64,000 bases of DNA from an uncultured Chloroflexia bacterium. GTDB lineage: Bacteria > Chloroflexota > Limnocylindria > Limnocylindrales > CSP1-4. The stretch lies in assembly GCA_963712745.1 (NCBI GenBank), contig CAVQJC010000005.1:64001-128000 (forward strand). The letters are read 5' to 3'. A program made the position numbers and the translations under genes. Under the pieces are notes generated by a model. The model had not been told where the DNA came from and searched no databases. It saw only the letters and a program-made list of their open reading frames with translations. Of the stretch, positions 1 through 9,883 are shown piece by piece (position 1 is the first letter of the stretch; each line of letters begins with the position of its first letter).

Positions 1-1158
1 ATCGCTGACACTGATGCCGACGACGGAGCCGGTGACGGTGTTGCCGACGATGTGACCACTGCTGCCAGGCTCCCAGACCGCGATGGCTGCCTCACCTCTC
101 CCGGACCGCGTGTCACGAACGACGTTGTCCTTCACGGTCATCGAGCTACCCGCGCCGATGCCGATGGACGCGTTAGTCAGATCGTTGCTCTCGATGATGC
201 CCGTGAGGTCGAAGTCAAGGTGGAGGATGGCGCCATCGGGGAACGTGTTCCCGCGCACGACGGCCTCACCGGGACCATCCAGCGCCATGACGCTGCTGGT
301 GATGGTGTTGCCTTCGAACGTGGGCGACGATCCGCCGCTGTGCAGGAAGCCGGTCCATGAGCTGTCCCGAACGACCGGGCTCGATCCCTCCTTGAACTGG
401 AACGGGTACATGAAAAGCGCATCGCGGTAGGTTCCCGAGATCTCGGCGTCTGGATGGGGGACGACCGAGAGGTCGGCCAGCTCGGGTGCACCTCCGTCCA
501 CTAGAACGCCGCCGCCCGCGAGCGGAACCACGATGGTGAGACCACGCAGGACCGCGTCGGCGCCTTGCAGGACGATGGGGAAGGAGATCTCCTCGTCCTC
601 GTCATCGTCACTCAGGAAGACCTGCGCTGGGCCGCCGTCGGGGAACTCCACCACGATCTCTTCGCGCGGGCCGTCGCCGGCGAGCGTGATGTCCTTGTCG
701 ATGAGCAGGTACTCGGTGTAGGTGCCGGCTGCGACGAGGATGGTGTCACCCTCCTCGGCCGCCGCCAGGGCATCGTTGATGGTCTGGTAGTCGCCGCTGC
801 CGTCGGCTGCGACGCGATGGGTGGCGCCGCCTGCCGCGGGAACGGGGAGGGGCTCGCCGGCCCCCTGCGGGATCACGAGCATCGCCGCGAGCGCGAGCGC
901 CGCCACGCTGGCGGCCACTGCCGTAGCACTGAACATGAGTCGGTTCCTCCGGTCGCTGCTATCGGGTGAGGTGTCGCCGCGCTCGGCGCTACGCGTCGCG
1001 CCGGACCGGCGACCGAACAACCGCCTCAGCCACCGGTGCTGCTGAGAGGTCCGTCCTGCTCGAGCCAGCGCCGAATCCAGGCTGCCGTGCGGCGGTGCGG
1101 CCGCGCGGTCGTCCAGCCAGTCGCTGACGATGCGCTCGAGCTCCTTGTTGGTGTTCAT
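1..1158 (-). CDS. Anti-sigma-factor-like membrane protein with extracellular right-handed beta-helix (NosD/pectin-lyase-like) domain; partial, runs off window start
   Basis: Not in the ORF track because it is open to the window edge. ATG at 1158 overlaps the sigma-factor stop (ATGA). Reads MNTNKELERIVSDWLDDRAAAPP, a TM segment, then VAADGSGDYQTINDALAAAEEGDTILVAAGTY, a typical beta-helix N-cap. Confidence 0.7.
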   Translation of the reverse strand, partial: MNTNKELERIVSDWLDDRAAAPPHGSLDSALARAGRTSQQHRWLRRLFGRRSGATRSAERGDTSPDSSDRRNRLMFSATAVAASVAALALAAMLVIPQGAGEPLPVPAAGGATHRVAADGSGDYQTINDALAAAEEGDTILVAAGTYTEYLLIDKDITLAGDGPREEIVVEFPDGGPAQVFLSDDDEDEEISFPIVLQGADAVLRGLTIVVPLAGGGVLVDGGAPELADLSVVPHPDAEISGTYRDALFMYPFQFKEGSSPVVRDSSWTGFLHSGGSSPTFEGNTITSSVMALDGPGEAVVRGNTFPDGAILHLDFDLTGIIESNDLTNASIGIGAGSSMTVKDNVVRDTRSGRGEAAIAVWEPGSSGHIVGNTVTGSVVGISVSD

Positions 1159-1715
1159 CGCGCCTTCTCCGGTGAGACTTCCCCATCGGGAAGTCGGGCG
1201 TCGGCCTCGAGAGCGGCGCGCAGGCCGGCCATGGCCCGATGGAGCCGTGAGTGGGCGGTGCCCTGCGGGATGCCCAGCACGTCGGCGACCTCGTGGAGCG
1301 GCAATCCCAGGTAGTGGTGCAGCACCACCACGGCGCGCTGCTCGATGGGCAGTCGGCAGAAGCCCCGCTCCAGCTGGTCCCGGTAGACCACGCCGGTGAT
1401 CGCTTCGGCCGCGCCCACGTCTTCGTCGCGCTCCGAGATGGGCGCGGGCAGCCAGCGCCGGGCCTTGCGTGCCTCGGCGTAGCAGGCATTCACCAGGATG
1501 CGGTACGACCAGGCCTCGAAGCGCCGCGCCTCTCGAAGCTGGGGCAGCTTGCGCCAGATGTCCACGACCGCCTGTTGCGAAGCGTCGTCGGCTCGGTCGA
1601 CATCGCCAAGGATGCTGTGCGCGACCCGGAACAAGCGGCTGTAGGTGCCCCTCGCGATCGACGCGAAGGCCTCGCGATCACCATCCTGTGCACGGACCAC
1701 GAGCTCGGCGTCCAT
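1155..1715 (-). CDS. ECF RNA polymerase sigma-70 factor
   Basis: 186 aa; LVVRAQDGDREAF, ADDASQQA..IWRKL, WSYRILVN, region 4 LPIEQRAVVVLHHYLGLPLHEVADVLGIPQGTAHSRLHRA. Confidence 0.92.
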   Translation of the reverse strand: MDAELVVRAQDGDREAFASIARGTYSRLFRVAHSILGDVDRADDASQQAVVDIWRKLPQLREARRFEAWSYRILVNACYAEARKARRWLPAPISERDEDVGAAEAITGVVYRDQLERGFCRLPIEQRAVVVLHHYLGLPLHEVADVLGIPQGTAHSRLHRAMAGLRAALEADARLPDGEVSPEKAR

Positions 1716-1790
1716 CCCCCCGGTCTCTCCGACTGCCGTTCATGCAACGCCTTGGGGCGTCTCACACATAGATGAGTCGGCTCAGGCGCG

Positions 1791-3206
1791 CTATCTGTCC
1801 GTTTCTTCCCCGATTCTCCCGCGCGTGGCCAGCCGCACCGCCTCGGCCAGGCGTCCGAACTCGCGGTCGGCATCCACGTAGCGGTCGGCCACGAAGGCCA
1901 GCTCCACGCGCGCCCCGCTGATGCGGGCCCAGACCCGGCGGCGCGGGAAGTAGAAGGTCAGCACCAGGCCCGCGATGAGCAGGCCGAAGGCGATCCAGAT
2001 GACCGGTTGGCCCGGGTCATTCTTGATGACCATGCCCGACCAGCTGCCAACGCCGTCCCAGGTGATGGACTGGCCGGCCGTGACCTCGGGATCGGTGGTC
2101 ACGCCCATGGGGATGGCCGCCAGGAAGAGCGTCTCGTTCTGGCCGGCTTCGACATCGGCGGGACCGACCCCCTGCAGCACCAGCTGCGGCGTTCCGGCCG
2201 CGTCCTCGTTGAGCACGGCCACCAGTCCCACCTCCGCGCCGGGGACGGTCATGAAGCCCTGCGGGCGACCGAGCAGTTCGTCGTCGAGCAGCAGCGGTCC
2301 GCGCCAGACCAGGGCCCCGGAGGCATCGTGGATGGTGAGCTCGGCCGTGGGCCCGAAGGTGTTCTGGTGGAAGGCGAAGCCGTCGACGTTGAGCGGCTCA
2401 TTGACGCGGATGGTCTGGCGCGCGATCTCCTCGCCGTCACGATAGACCGAGAGGTCGGTTCGGAAGTCCTTGAACGTGCCGTCCGCGCGACGCGGTGCGA
2501 AGAAGGCGTTGTTCTTGACCAGCAGGTTGCCGGGCGTGCCCACCGCTCGCACCGGCGCGGTCTCGCCCTCGCCCACGAAGACGACGGTCTCGAAGCCGGC
2601 CGCGACGGTCACGGCTCCCCCGAGGAGGAAGAGCACCAGGCCGGCGTGGGTCAGCAGCGTGGCCAGCTTCTGGAACTGGTTGCGATCGCCGTAGAGGATG
2701 GTGGCGCCCTCGACATCGGCCGAGCGCTGGCGCCGGAAGTGACGCTTGCGGAACGCACCGCGCACCGCTTCGACGGCCCCCTCCCCGGCACCTTCGATGA
2801 CGGCGCGATGGCTGCGGCCGGGATCGAAGAACGCCGCCGGCTGCCCGAGGCGGAGGTGGCTGACGCTGCGCCAGAGCCGGGGTGTGCGGTCGAGCGTGCA
2901 GCAGATGATGGAGATGACCAGCACGGTCATGAGCAGCAGGAACCAGGGCGTGGAGAAGACGCTGAAGAGCCCCAGCGTGTCGAAGGCAGCCACGATGAAG
3001 GCACCCGCCGGCAGCGGATCCCAGGCCGCGTGCATGGTCGCCAGCTCGGCCGCGTAGCGGGCCGGGTCGTCGGCCGCGGTCACGGGGAACTGGCGCACGA
3101 GCATGCCCACCAGACCGGACAGGGCGAGCAGCGTGATGAGCAGGACGGCGAAGCGGACGTCGGTCAGCAGGCGCCAGGCAGCCGCCCCCATCCGCGCCAG
3201 GATCAT
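1791..3206 (-). CDS. resB: Cytochrome c biogenesis protein ResB/Ccs1 family
   Basis: N-terminal TMs, FSTPWF..L...ISIICCT, LTHAGLVL, TIRVNEPLNVDGFAFHQNTFG, C-terminal KNDPG..VIW...RRVW. Confidence 0.85.
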   Translation of the reverse strand: MILARMGAAAWRLLTDVRFAVLLITLLALSGLVGMLVRQFPVTAADDPARYAAELATMHAAWDPLPAGAFIVAAFDTLGLFSVFSTPWFLLLMTVLVISIICCTLDRTPRLWRSVSHLRLGQPAAFFDPGRSHRAVIEGAGEGAVEAVRGAFRKRHFRRQRSADVEGATILYGDRNQFQKLATLLTHAGLVLFLLGGAVTVAAGFETVVFVGEGETAPVRAVGTPGNLLVKNNAFFAPRRADGTFKDFRTDLSVYRDGEEIARQTIRVNEPLNVDGFAFHQNTFGPTAELTIHDASGALVWRGPLLLDDELLGRPQGFMTVPGAEVGLVAVLNEDAAGTPQLVLQGVGPADVEAGQNETLFLAAIPMGVTTDPEVTAGQSITWDGVGSWSGMVIKNDPGQPVIWIAFGLLIAGLVLTFYFPRRRVWARISGARVELAFVADRYVDADREFGRLAEAVRLATRGRIGEETDR

Positions 3207-3208
3207 GG

Positions 3209-4414
3209 TCAGCTGCCGAGGCCGGCCTCGGCAGCAGCGACGAGCGCGGTGGCCATGTCGGCCAGCAGGTCGTCCACATCCTCCAGTCCGACCGAGATGC
3301 GCACCATGCCGGGCGGGATGCCGGCCGCCAGCAGCTGCTCCTCGTCGAGCTGCCGATGCGTGGCCGTCGGCGGATGGACCGCGTAGGTCACGACGCTGCC
3401 GAGCGTGGCCGTGACCGGCGGGATGGCAAGGCCGTCGATGAAGGCCGCGGCGGCGTCACGAGTGGCCAGCTGGAGCGCGAGCATGCCGCCGCCGGCTCGC
3501 AGCTCACGCTGGGCGATCTCGGCCTGCGGATGACTGAGCAGGCCGGGGTAGACCACGCTCGATACGCCCGGCGCACGCTCGAGCTGCTGGGCCAGCGCCA
3601 GCGCGGAGGCGGAGTGGCGGTCCATGCGCACGTGGAGCGTCTGCATCCCGCGCAGCACCAGGAAGGCACTGAAGGGTGCGGCGATGCCGCCGGTGTCGAT
3701 GGCCACGTCGCGCACCCGCTCGACCCAGGCCCGGCTTCCGGCCACGGCCCCGGCCAAGACGTCGGAGTGGCCGCTGAGCCACTTGGTGGCCGACTCGACG
3801 ACGATATCGGCCCCCAGCTCGAGGGGCCGGCAGAGGTACGGCGAGGCGAACGTGTTGTCCACCACCAGGAGGGCGTCGTGGCCATGGGCGAGCTCGGCCA
3901 GGCGTTCGAGGTCGGCCACCACGATGGTGGGGTTGGAGATGGTCTCGGCATAGAGCACGCGGGCGGGCGCGACCGCCAGCTCCTGCTCCACTGCCTCGAG
4001 GTCGGTGGGATCGACGAAGGTGACCTCCACGCCCAGCGGCCGCAGCACCCGCTCCATCAGTGCCCGCGTGCTGCCATACACCGCCTGGGTGCAGACGATG
4101 CGGTCGCCGGCGCGGACCAGCGAGAAGAGCGCAGCATGGATGGCACCCATGCCCGAGCCGAAGGCGAACCCGGCCTCCGCCCCGTGCATCTCGGCGAAGG
4201 CCGCGGCCATGGCATCGGCAGTGGGGTTCTCGATGCGCGCGTAGGTGTAGCCGGGCTTCTCGAAGCCGATCAGCGCGGCATAGTCGTCGACATCCTGGGC
4301 GTGGAACGTGGCCGACTGGTAGATGGGCACCGCGGCCGGCTGCTGCTCCACGCGTGGAGCACGGGTGGCGGCCTTGATGGCGCGCGTGCCGAAGCCGAGA
4401 TGCTGCTCGTCCAT
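3209..4414 (-). CDS. PLP-dependent Cys/Met trans-sulfuration enzyme (cystathionine gamma-synthase/methionine gamma-lyase family)
   Basis: PIYQSATF, YARIENPT, FGSGMGAI, ETISNPT, VVDNTFASP, ESATKWLSGHSDV, VRISVGLEDVDDL. Confidence 0.92.
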   Translation of the reverse strand: MDEQHLGFGTRAIKAATRAPRVEQQPAAVPIYQSATFHAQDVDDYAALIGFEKPGYTYARIENPTADAMAAAFAEMHGAEAGFAFGSGMGAIHAALFSLVRAGDRIVCTQAVYGSTRALMERVLRPLGVEVTFVDPTDLEAVEQELAVAPARVLYAETISNPTIVVADLERLAELAHGHDALLVVDNTFASPYLCRPLELGADIVVESATKWLSGHSDVLAGAVAGSRAWVERVRDVAIDTGGIAAPFSAFLVLRGMQTLHVRMDRHSASALALAQQLERAPGVSSVVYPGLLSHPQAEIAQRELRAGGGMLALQLATRDAAAAFIDGLAIPPVTATLGSVVTYAVHPPTATHRQLDEEQLLAAGIPPGMVRISVGLEDVDDLLADMATALVAAAEAGLGS

Positions 4415-5547
4415 CACAGCCCGCCCCGCCCCGGCCGGATCTCCTCGATCGATTCCATGTCGCAGACGACCTCGTCTTCCTCGGATGAGCGCACCAGCGC
4501 GATGGGGCGAGGTGGTGGCGTGGGCGCGCCCGTCGCACCCGCCGTCCCCTCGCTGGCGTCGGCCACGGCCACCGAGCCGACTCCCACGGTGGTGTAGTGG
4601 CGCAGGAACGCCTGCATCGCCAGGAACACGCCCTCGCGGCTGATGTCGCGCAGGTCATCACCGTAGAAGCGGCCCTGCGCATGCTGCCCGGTGATCATCT
4701 CGTAGGAGGGGAAGTAGTCGACCCTCTCGTGGCTGTCCACGATCGACTGCACGGCCACGCGCAGGACGCTCTTGCTGTAGGTAGTCGAGACCAGCACGTG
4801 GCGCGGCTCGAAGGTGGCGATGAGGGGCACCGGTGAGACGGTCAGGATGACGCGGCTGGCGGGGTTGATGGCTCGCAGGTCGGCCAGGAATGCCCGCAGG
4901 TCCTCCTCGACCTCGGCCACGCTGACGTTGACGAACTCGTGCTCCCCGGGGTCGTAGGAGCCGCCGGCCACGCCCGGCGCCAGCGGGTAGACCGTACCCT
5001 CCCGTCGCGAGCGCCAGGTCTCGGTCAGGCCCAGGGTGAAGACGAAGATGTCGAGCTCCTCGAACATGCGGCGGACATGGGCGAGGTGTCGGGCGCGGGC
5101 CTCGAGCATCTCGGCCTGCGTGGCGAACCCCGCAGGCTCGACCAGCGGCCGCAGCGGGTCGACCACCCGGCCGTCCTCCCTGCGCCATTCCGCGCCGTGG
5201 TCCGGATTGCGGCGACCGGTGGCCTCGAGCAGCAGCTGGCGCAGCTGGCGCACGGTGTAGATGTTGCCGTAGCGGCAGGAGAAGACCCCGAAGTTGCGCT
5301 TCCGCGCCTCCTCGTCACCGAGGCCTTCAGGGGCCGCCTCGACGACCCAGTAGTCGAGGCCCGAGGCCATCAGCGAGCGCGAGATGTGCTGGGCGAAGCA
5401 CGAGCCGGCGGTGGCCACGCGGTCGCCGGGGCCGATGACGAACGAAGGGGGTCCCACGGGATCCACGGCGAAGAGCTCCATGCGCGCCATCGACCGACGC
5501 CAGAAGCGCTCGTCGGGAAGGCCACGATAGGGGTTCGTCATCGCCAT
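4414..5547 (-). CDS. GSCFA domain-containing protein
   Basis: Contains TAGSCFAQHI, FVFTLGLTETW, ILTVSPVPL, YFPSYE. Confidence 0.88.
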   Translation of the reverse strand: MAMTNPYRGLPDERFWRRSMARMELFAVDPVGPPSFVIGPGDRVATAGSCFAQHISRSLMASGLDYWVVEAAPEGLGDEEARKRNFGVFSCRYGNIYTVRQLRQLLLEATGRRNPDHGAEWRREDGRVVDPLRPLVEPAGFATQAEMLEARARHLAHVRRMFEELDIFVFTLGLTETWRSRREGTVYPLAPGVAGGSYDPGEHEFVNVSVAEVEEDLRAFLADLRAINPASRVILTVSPVPLIATFEPRHVLVSTTYSKSVLRVAVQSIVDSHERVDYFPSYEMITGQHAQGRFYGDDLRDISREGVFLAMQAFLRHYTTVGVGSVAVADASEGTAGATGAPTPPPRPIALVRSSEEDEVVCDMESIEEIRPGRGGL

Positions 5548-6386
5548 TCTCCGATCGTGGCCAGGACCCGCTGTTCACGCTCCTGGAGGTGCTCCAGCAC
5601 GATCGTGTCCGGCGGGATCGAACGGTATGCCTGGTAGCTCCGGTGGACCAGCTCGTCCAGCTCCCAGTGGTGCGTCTCCCTCGATGGCTTGAAGCGGAAT
5701 GCACCCGGCAGGCCGAGCCGATCGGCGATGCCGGGATAGGGCGAGATCACCACGGCCTTGGCCAGGTTGTCCGGCAGGTCGGCCGCCACTCGTGACCATT
5801 CGGCGCCGATCGAGCCCAGCGCGGCGCGGGCGACATCGGCCAGGACCCAGATCTTGGGGTGGTTGTGCGTGTGCATGAAGACGCCGCGACGGACCCACCC
5901 ATAGAAGCGGTCCACCAGCGGCAGGCCCGTCTCGTCGAACCGGCCAAAGAGGATCTCCCGTGACGCCGACCACACGTCGAGGTAACCCGCCTGCGCGAAG
6001 AAGCGCGCGTCGTACAGCCGGAGCGCCTCCTCCTCGCTGAGGCCGCTGCGGAAGGCTGCGAACGCGATGAGCGAGTGGTAGTCACCCAGCGGCCCCGTGA
6101 CATTGGTGGAGCCACTCTTGAGGTAGACGATATCGGGGTGGAACCCCCAGAACGTGACGATCGGGACGAGCGAGATCCTCTCCGGGGGTAGCAGGCCCTC
6201 CAGCCCGGGCGCCACCGAGGTGATGGCGAAGACGTGCTCGTAGTCCCGTTTGAGGCGCTCCTTGATGGTCCGGTCCTGCTGGAGCTCGGGCAAGGTGAAG
6301 GCGTCACAAGACACGCCCACGCCCACGTTCTCGATGGAATTGGCCAGACCGAACGCCTGGCAGTTGGAAACGACGGCGACGCGCAT
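5538..6386 (-). CDS. WcbI-family polysaccharide biosynthesis protein
   Basis: VVSNCQA, FWGFHPDIVY, GPLGDYHSLI, FMHTHNHP motifs. Confidence 0.75.
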   Translation of the reverse strand: MRVAVVSNCQAFGLANSIENVGVGVSCDAFTLPELQQDRTIKERLKRDYEHVFAITSVAPGLEGLLPPERISLVPIVTFWGFHPDIVYLKSGSTNVTGPLGDYHSLIAFAAFRSGLSEEEALRLYDARFFAQAGYLDVWSASREILFGRFDETGLPLVDRFYGWVRRGVFMHTHNHPKIWVLADVARAALGSIGAEWSRVAADLPDNLAKAVVISPYPGIADRLGLPGAFRFKPSRETHHWELDELVHRSYQAYRSIPPDTIVLEHLQEREQRVLATIGEWR

Positions 6387-6454
6387 CAGCAGCTCACGGT
6401 CCCTCAGGTTGGGGTCGAGGCATCAAGCCTGCCACAGTCCGCGCCGGCGCAGCG

Positions 6455-8299
6455 CTAGCGAGTCGTTCGCGGCGGTTCCTCGTCGGGCTCGATGGGCAGG
6501 GCGATCCAGGGCCGCTCCTCGCCACCACGCAGCTCCTCGGTGCGACTGATGCCGTCCTTGGTGCTGCGATCGCTTGCACCACGGCCGGCCGCGGTGCCGC
6601 GGTCGGTACGCAGCTCAGGCGCCGGGCGCCCGCGGGCGCCATCGTCTACTTCCGAGCCGGGGCGAGGCGGTTCGGGCGTCCAACCCTCGGTCCTGGTGAG
6701 CCAGGGCTGGTCGGGCGCTTCCACCGCCGTCCGCAGGCGGCTCGGTGGCTCGGGTGGCTCGTCGGTCGGGCGACTGTCGGTTCGCGGGCGCGGCTCGGGC
6801 CAGGCTGTCGGGGTCGTCTCGGTGGCCCAGGGTGTGGTGACGTCCTCGTCGAACTCGACGTGGATGGCTGAACGGTCGGATCGCCGGCGTGACGAGGATG
6901 AGGAGCTCGGATCGGCCGGTGGGGCCTCCGGCTGGCGGCCAGCACCTTCGCTCGCCCCCCAGGGGACGGGATCGCCGCCGGTGCGGACGTCCTCCGCGGG
7001 TGCCAGCTGTACGAGCTGGCTCGACTCGGCGTCGATGGCTGTGGCCACCCGCTCGGTGCGTGTCTGGTAGCCGACGATGCGGTTCTTGCCCCGGCGCTTG
7101 GACTCGTACATGGCTACGTCCGCGGCGGCCACGAGCTGCTCGATGGTGCTGCCGTCGTCGGGGTAGGTCACCAGGCCGATCGAAACGGAGGAACGCACGT
7201 TGCGGTCAGCCGCGTTGAGGGTGAGGGAGTAGATGTCGCGGCGCAGCTTCTCAGCCACCACGTAGCCGCCGGCCGTGTCTGTCTCGGGCAGCAGGATCAC
7301 GAACTCGTCGCCACCGTAGCGAGCAGCGGCGTCGGTGAAGCGGACGGTGCGGCGGATGGTGTCGGCGATGCCCTTGAGCAGCCGGTCGCCCCACTGGTGC
7401 CCGAACGTGTCGTTGACCGGCTTGAGGTCGTCGAGGTCGAGCATGAGCATGGTGAAGCCGCGGCCCATGCGGTCCGAGCGGCGGATCTCCTGCTCCATGG
7501 TGGTGAAGAAGAAGGCTCGGTTGTAGAGCCCGGTCAGGGCGTCGAAGCGAGACGCACGCAGGGCCTCGTCGCGGGCATGGCGCTGAGAACGTGCGGCGGC
7601 GGTGGCGATGTCGGCGAGCAGGATGAGCGAGACCGCGTTGATGCCGATCCAGGCCAGCGACTCGGGCGCGATGGGCGCGTCGATGGCGTCGATGAGCCCG
7701 ACCACCGCGATGGTGGCGGCACCCACCACGGCCACGGCCAGCGGGGCGCGCCCCTCGGTCGAGAGCGCAGTGCCGGCCACGACCAGGAAGAAGCCCACCA
7801 GGAAGGGGCTGCCGGCACCACCGGTGAGGGCCATGAGCAGGCCCAGGAACACCAGCGCGCCGATGCCCTCGGCCGGGCGCCGGTAGCGGCCCAGCGCGGA
7901 CGGCGGGACCATGTCCATGAACAGGACGACCAGGAGCATGCCCGCGGCCACCAAGGTGAAGATGGCTGCTTCGCTGTCCGGCCAGGCGTCGGTGAGCGCC
8001 ACCACCACGGCAGTGGCCGCGAGGAACAGGAAGGCCACGACGCGCGCGACCTGGCGGGTGCTGGCGGGCGTGATGAACGAGGTGCTGGTGCGCATGGGGT
8101 TGCCCGCGCCGGCCTGGCTGTTGGCGAGACCGGGGTCGGCGGGATCGTCGTCGCGTTCACGGTTGCCGGGGGGGTCCGGCCCGGCGAGGGGGCGGTCAGA
8201 GCCGCGTGCGACCTGCGCGGTCGCATAGGCCACCGTCACCGCGACCCCGGCGATGACGATAAGCCCGACGACGAGCAGGATGATCTGGTCTGCGGACAC
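6455..8299 (-). CDS. Membrane diguanylate cyclase (GGDEF) with disordered C-terminal tail
   Basis: Multiple TMs, DALTGLYNR, DLDDLKPVNDTFGHQWGD, RYGGDEF. Confidence 0.92.
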   Translation of the reverse strand: MSADQIILLVVGLIVIAGVAVTVAYATAQVARGSDRPLAGPDPPGNRERDDDPADPGLANSQAGAGNPMRTSTSFITPASTRQVARVVAFLFLAATAVVVALTDAWPDSEAAIFTLVAAGMLLVVLFMDMVPPSALGRYRRPAEGIGALVFLGLLMALTGGAGSPFLVGFFLVVAGTALSTEGRAPLAVAVVGAATIAVVGLIDAIDAPIAPESLAWIGINAVSLILLADIATAAARSQRHARDEALRASRFDALTGLYNRAFFFTTMEQEIRRSDRMGRGFTMLMLDLDDLKPVNDTFGHQWGDRLLKGIADTIRRTVRFTDAAARYGGDEFVILLPETDTAGGYVVAEKLRRDIYSLTLNAADRNVRSSVSIGLVTYPDDGSTIEQLVAAADVAMYESKRRGKNRIVGYQTRTERVATAIDAESSQLVQLAPAEDVRTGGDPVPWGASEGAGRQPEAPPADPSSSSSSRRRSDRSAIHVEFDEDVTTPWATETTPTAWPEPRPRTDSRPTDEPPEPPSRLRTAVEAPDQPWLTRTEGWTPEPPRPGSEVDDGARGRPAPELRTDRGTAAGRGASDRSTKDGISRTEELRGGEERPWIALPIEPDEEPPRTTR

Positions 8300-8465
8300 G
8301 CACTACTCCGCTACCCGCGCTCGCAGGCTGGTCGTGGTGAGGCAGGCAGGGCCACCACAAGTACTCCCTTCACGCTGGCCGAATGGTACTGCCCTGGCGT
8401 GAGTCGCCGCGCCACCTCGAGGCTGCTAGTGTGGACCACAGGCAACGTCACGCGCTGAGGAAGTC

Positions 8466-8765
8466 ATGAGCGAACAAGCCCGATCCGAACAGGCCTGCCC
8501 CGTCTGCTCGCAGCACACGCTGGCCCTAGACACACCACCTGAGATCGACGTCATGGGCGTCCAGCAGTACAGCGACATGCTGGGTATGGGCGACCTCCAG
8601 AACGAGGGTGCGGTGGGCATCGTCTGCCTCAACTGCCAGACGCACTGGCGTGACAAGGGCGCCTTCGACCGAGGCGAGCCGGACCCGGACGTTGGCACGG
8701 ACATGGGCTCGGAGGTCGAGCTCGAGGACGGCGAGGGCGGCGGGGAGGCCGGCGGCGGGGAGTAA
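8466..8765 (+). CDS. Small hypothetical protein with two CxxC pairs (zinc-ribbon-like)
   Basis: GAGG-type RBS upstream; CPVC and CLNC; acidic tail. Confidence 0.6.
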   Translation: MSEQARSEQACPVCSQHTLALDTPPEIDVMGVQQYSDMLGMGDLQNEGAVGIVCLNCQTHWRDKGAFDRGEPDPDVGTDMGSEVELEDGEGGGEAGGGE

Positions 8766-8785
8766 CCTCGGGGGCTCTGCCGACT

Positions 8786-9139
8786 CTAGGCTCCGCGCTG
8801 CCCCCAGAAGAACATCAGGCCGAGACTGATCATCACAGCCAGCCCGAAGAGGATGGCCAGGATCCAGCTCACCGCGAAGCCGAAGGCGAGCGCACCGGCG
8901 AACCAGATGACGAGTTCGACCACCAGCCGGAGCGGATCGTCGAGTCGGCGTGAGGCCTTGGGGGCCACCAACAGGCCCCAGACGACCATCACGGCCAGGG
9001 GCATGCCCAGGGCCAGGATCAGCTGGATGGCCAGGCTGTCTGATAGCGACATGCCCAAGAGGAAGAGCGCCAGCAGCACAAGCATCTCGAGGATGAAGCG
9101 GAAGGCGAGATTCAGGTTCTTCATCGATCGCTCATTCAT
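8786..9139 (-). CDS. YrdB/DUF2568 family membrane protein
   Basis: NLAFRFILE, WGLLVAPKASRRL..PLRLVVE. Confidence 0.8.
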   Translation of the reverse strand: MNERSMKNLNLAFRFILEMLVLLALFLLGMSLSDSLAIQLILALGMPLAVMVVWGLLVAPKASRRLDDPLRLVVELVIWFAGALAFGFAVSWILAILFGLAVMISLGLMFFWGQRGA

Positions 9140-9635
9140 GGGCATCCTCCCTCCGAGCCAGCTCGGCCAGTCGCTCGGCCTCCTCGCGCTCTTCCGTCGC
9201 GCGGGTCTCGGCTTCCAGCTTGAGGAGCTGCACGAGGGCGTCGAGGACTCGTTGCAGGCGTTCCTGCATCCGGCGTCGCACCAATCGAACGGCGAGGCCG
9301 GTCATCTCGGCGCGGACGGCGACGCGGGTCCCGGCCGAGCCGGACGCGAGGTTCCACGTCTGGCGCTCACCGAACACAAGGACGCGACCCTTCCATGAAA
9401 GCGTCCTGGGCGCGTCGACCTCGGTGATGCGGCACTTGAGCGTGCCGATCTCGGTCGAGAAGCGGAACCCGGCGCCGACCTCGAGCTCAGCGTCGAAGAC
9501 GGCGTGTCGCACCGCGGGGTTCCAGGTAGGCCACGAGGCGATGTCGGCGATGACCGTCCAGACCTCGCGGTCCGGCGCCGCGATGTCTATCTCCGCGAAC
9601 GCGCTCACGGGTGCTGACGACCGGGTCTGCTCCAC
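9132..9635 (-). CDS. SRPBCC/polyketide cyclase family protein
   Basis: EIDIAAPDREVWTVIADIASWPTWNP. Confidence 0.8.
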   Translation of the reverse strand: MEQTRSSAPVSAFAEIDIAAPDREVWTVIADIASWPTWNPAVRHAVFDAELEVGAGFRFSTEIGTLKCRITEVDAPRTLSWKGRVLVFGERQTWNLASGSAGTRVAVRAEMTGLAVRLVRRRMQERLQRVLDALVQLLKLEAETRATEEREEAERLAELARREDAHE

Positions 9636-9678
9636 CGGCCGATGCTACCGCGGCCGCGGGCGGGCCGGTGCGAGAAGG

Positions 9679-9753
9679 TGGTCGGGGTGGCGGGGATCGA
9701 ACCCGCGACCTCATGCTCCCAAAGCATGTGCGCTACCTCTGCGCTACACCCCG
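9679..9753 (-). tRNA. tRNA-Pro(TGG), intact, CCA encoded
   Basis: Reverse complement CGGGGTGTAGCGCAGAGGTAGCGCACATGCTTTGGGAGCATGAGGTCGCGGGTTCGATCCCCGCCACCCCGACCA: acceptor CGGGGTG/CACCCCG, D stem GCGC, anticodon stem CATGC/GCATG with loop TTTGGGA, T loop TTCGATC. Confidence 0.97.
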
Positions 9754-9772
9754 ATGGTGTTCGTGCGTGGAT

Positions 9773-9782
9773 AGGGTACACA
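9773..9782 (-). promoter_or_regulatory. Putative extended -10 promoter (TGTG-TACCCT) of tRNA-Pro; also present in most array repeats
   Basis: + strand AGGGTACACA about 20 nt upstream of the tRNA 5' end; the GGGTACAC core recurs in most repeat copies. Confidence 0.55.
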
Positions 9783-9883
9783 GCGCGGCTCGATGACGAC
9801 ACCGATGGGGCCTACACGGCTCGAACCGCGGTATCGTCGGGCAGCCTGCGCGCGATGGAAATGCCGGAGTGGGCAGCCACAGA

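Noticed and set aside
2007-4597. Long + strand ORFs (459 and 413 aa) and similar antisense ORFs across the window
   Set aside because: Shadow frames of well-supported opposite-strand genes, expected in high-GC DNA, with no recognisable motifs
9752-9815. Fluoride-riboswitch-like words on the + strand (CGATGGTGTTCG..GATGAC..CCTAC)
   Set aside because: Spacing and pairing do not fit, there is no downstream + strand gene, and the words are not conserved in other repeat copies
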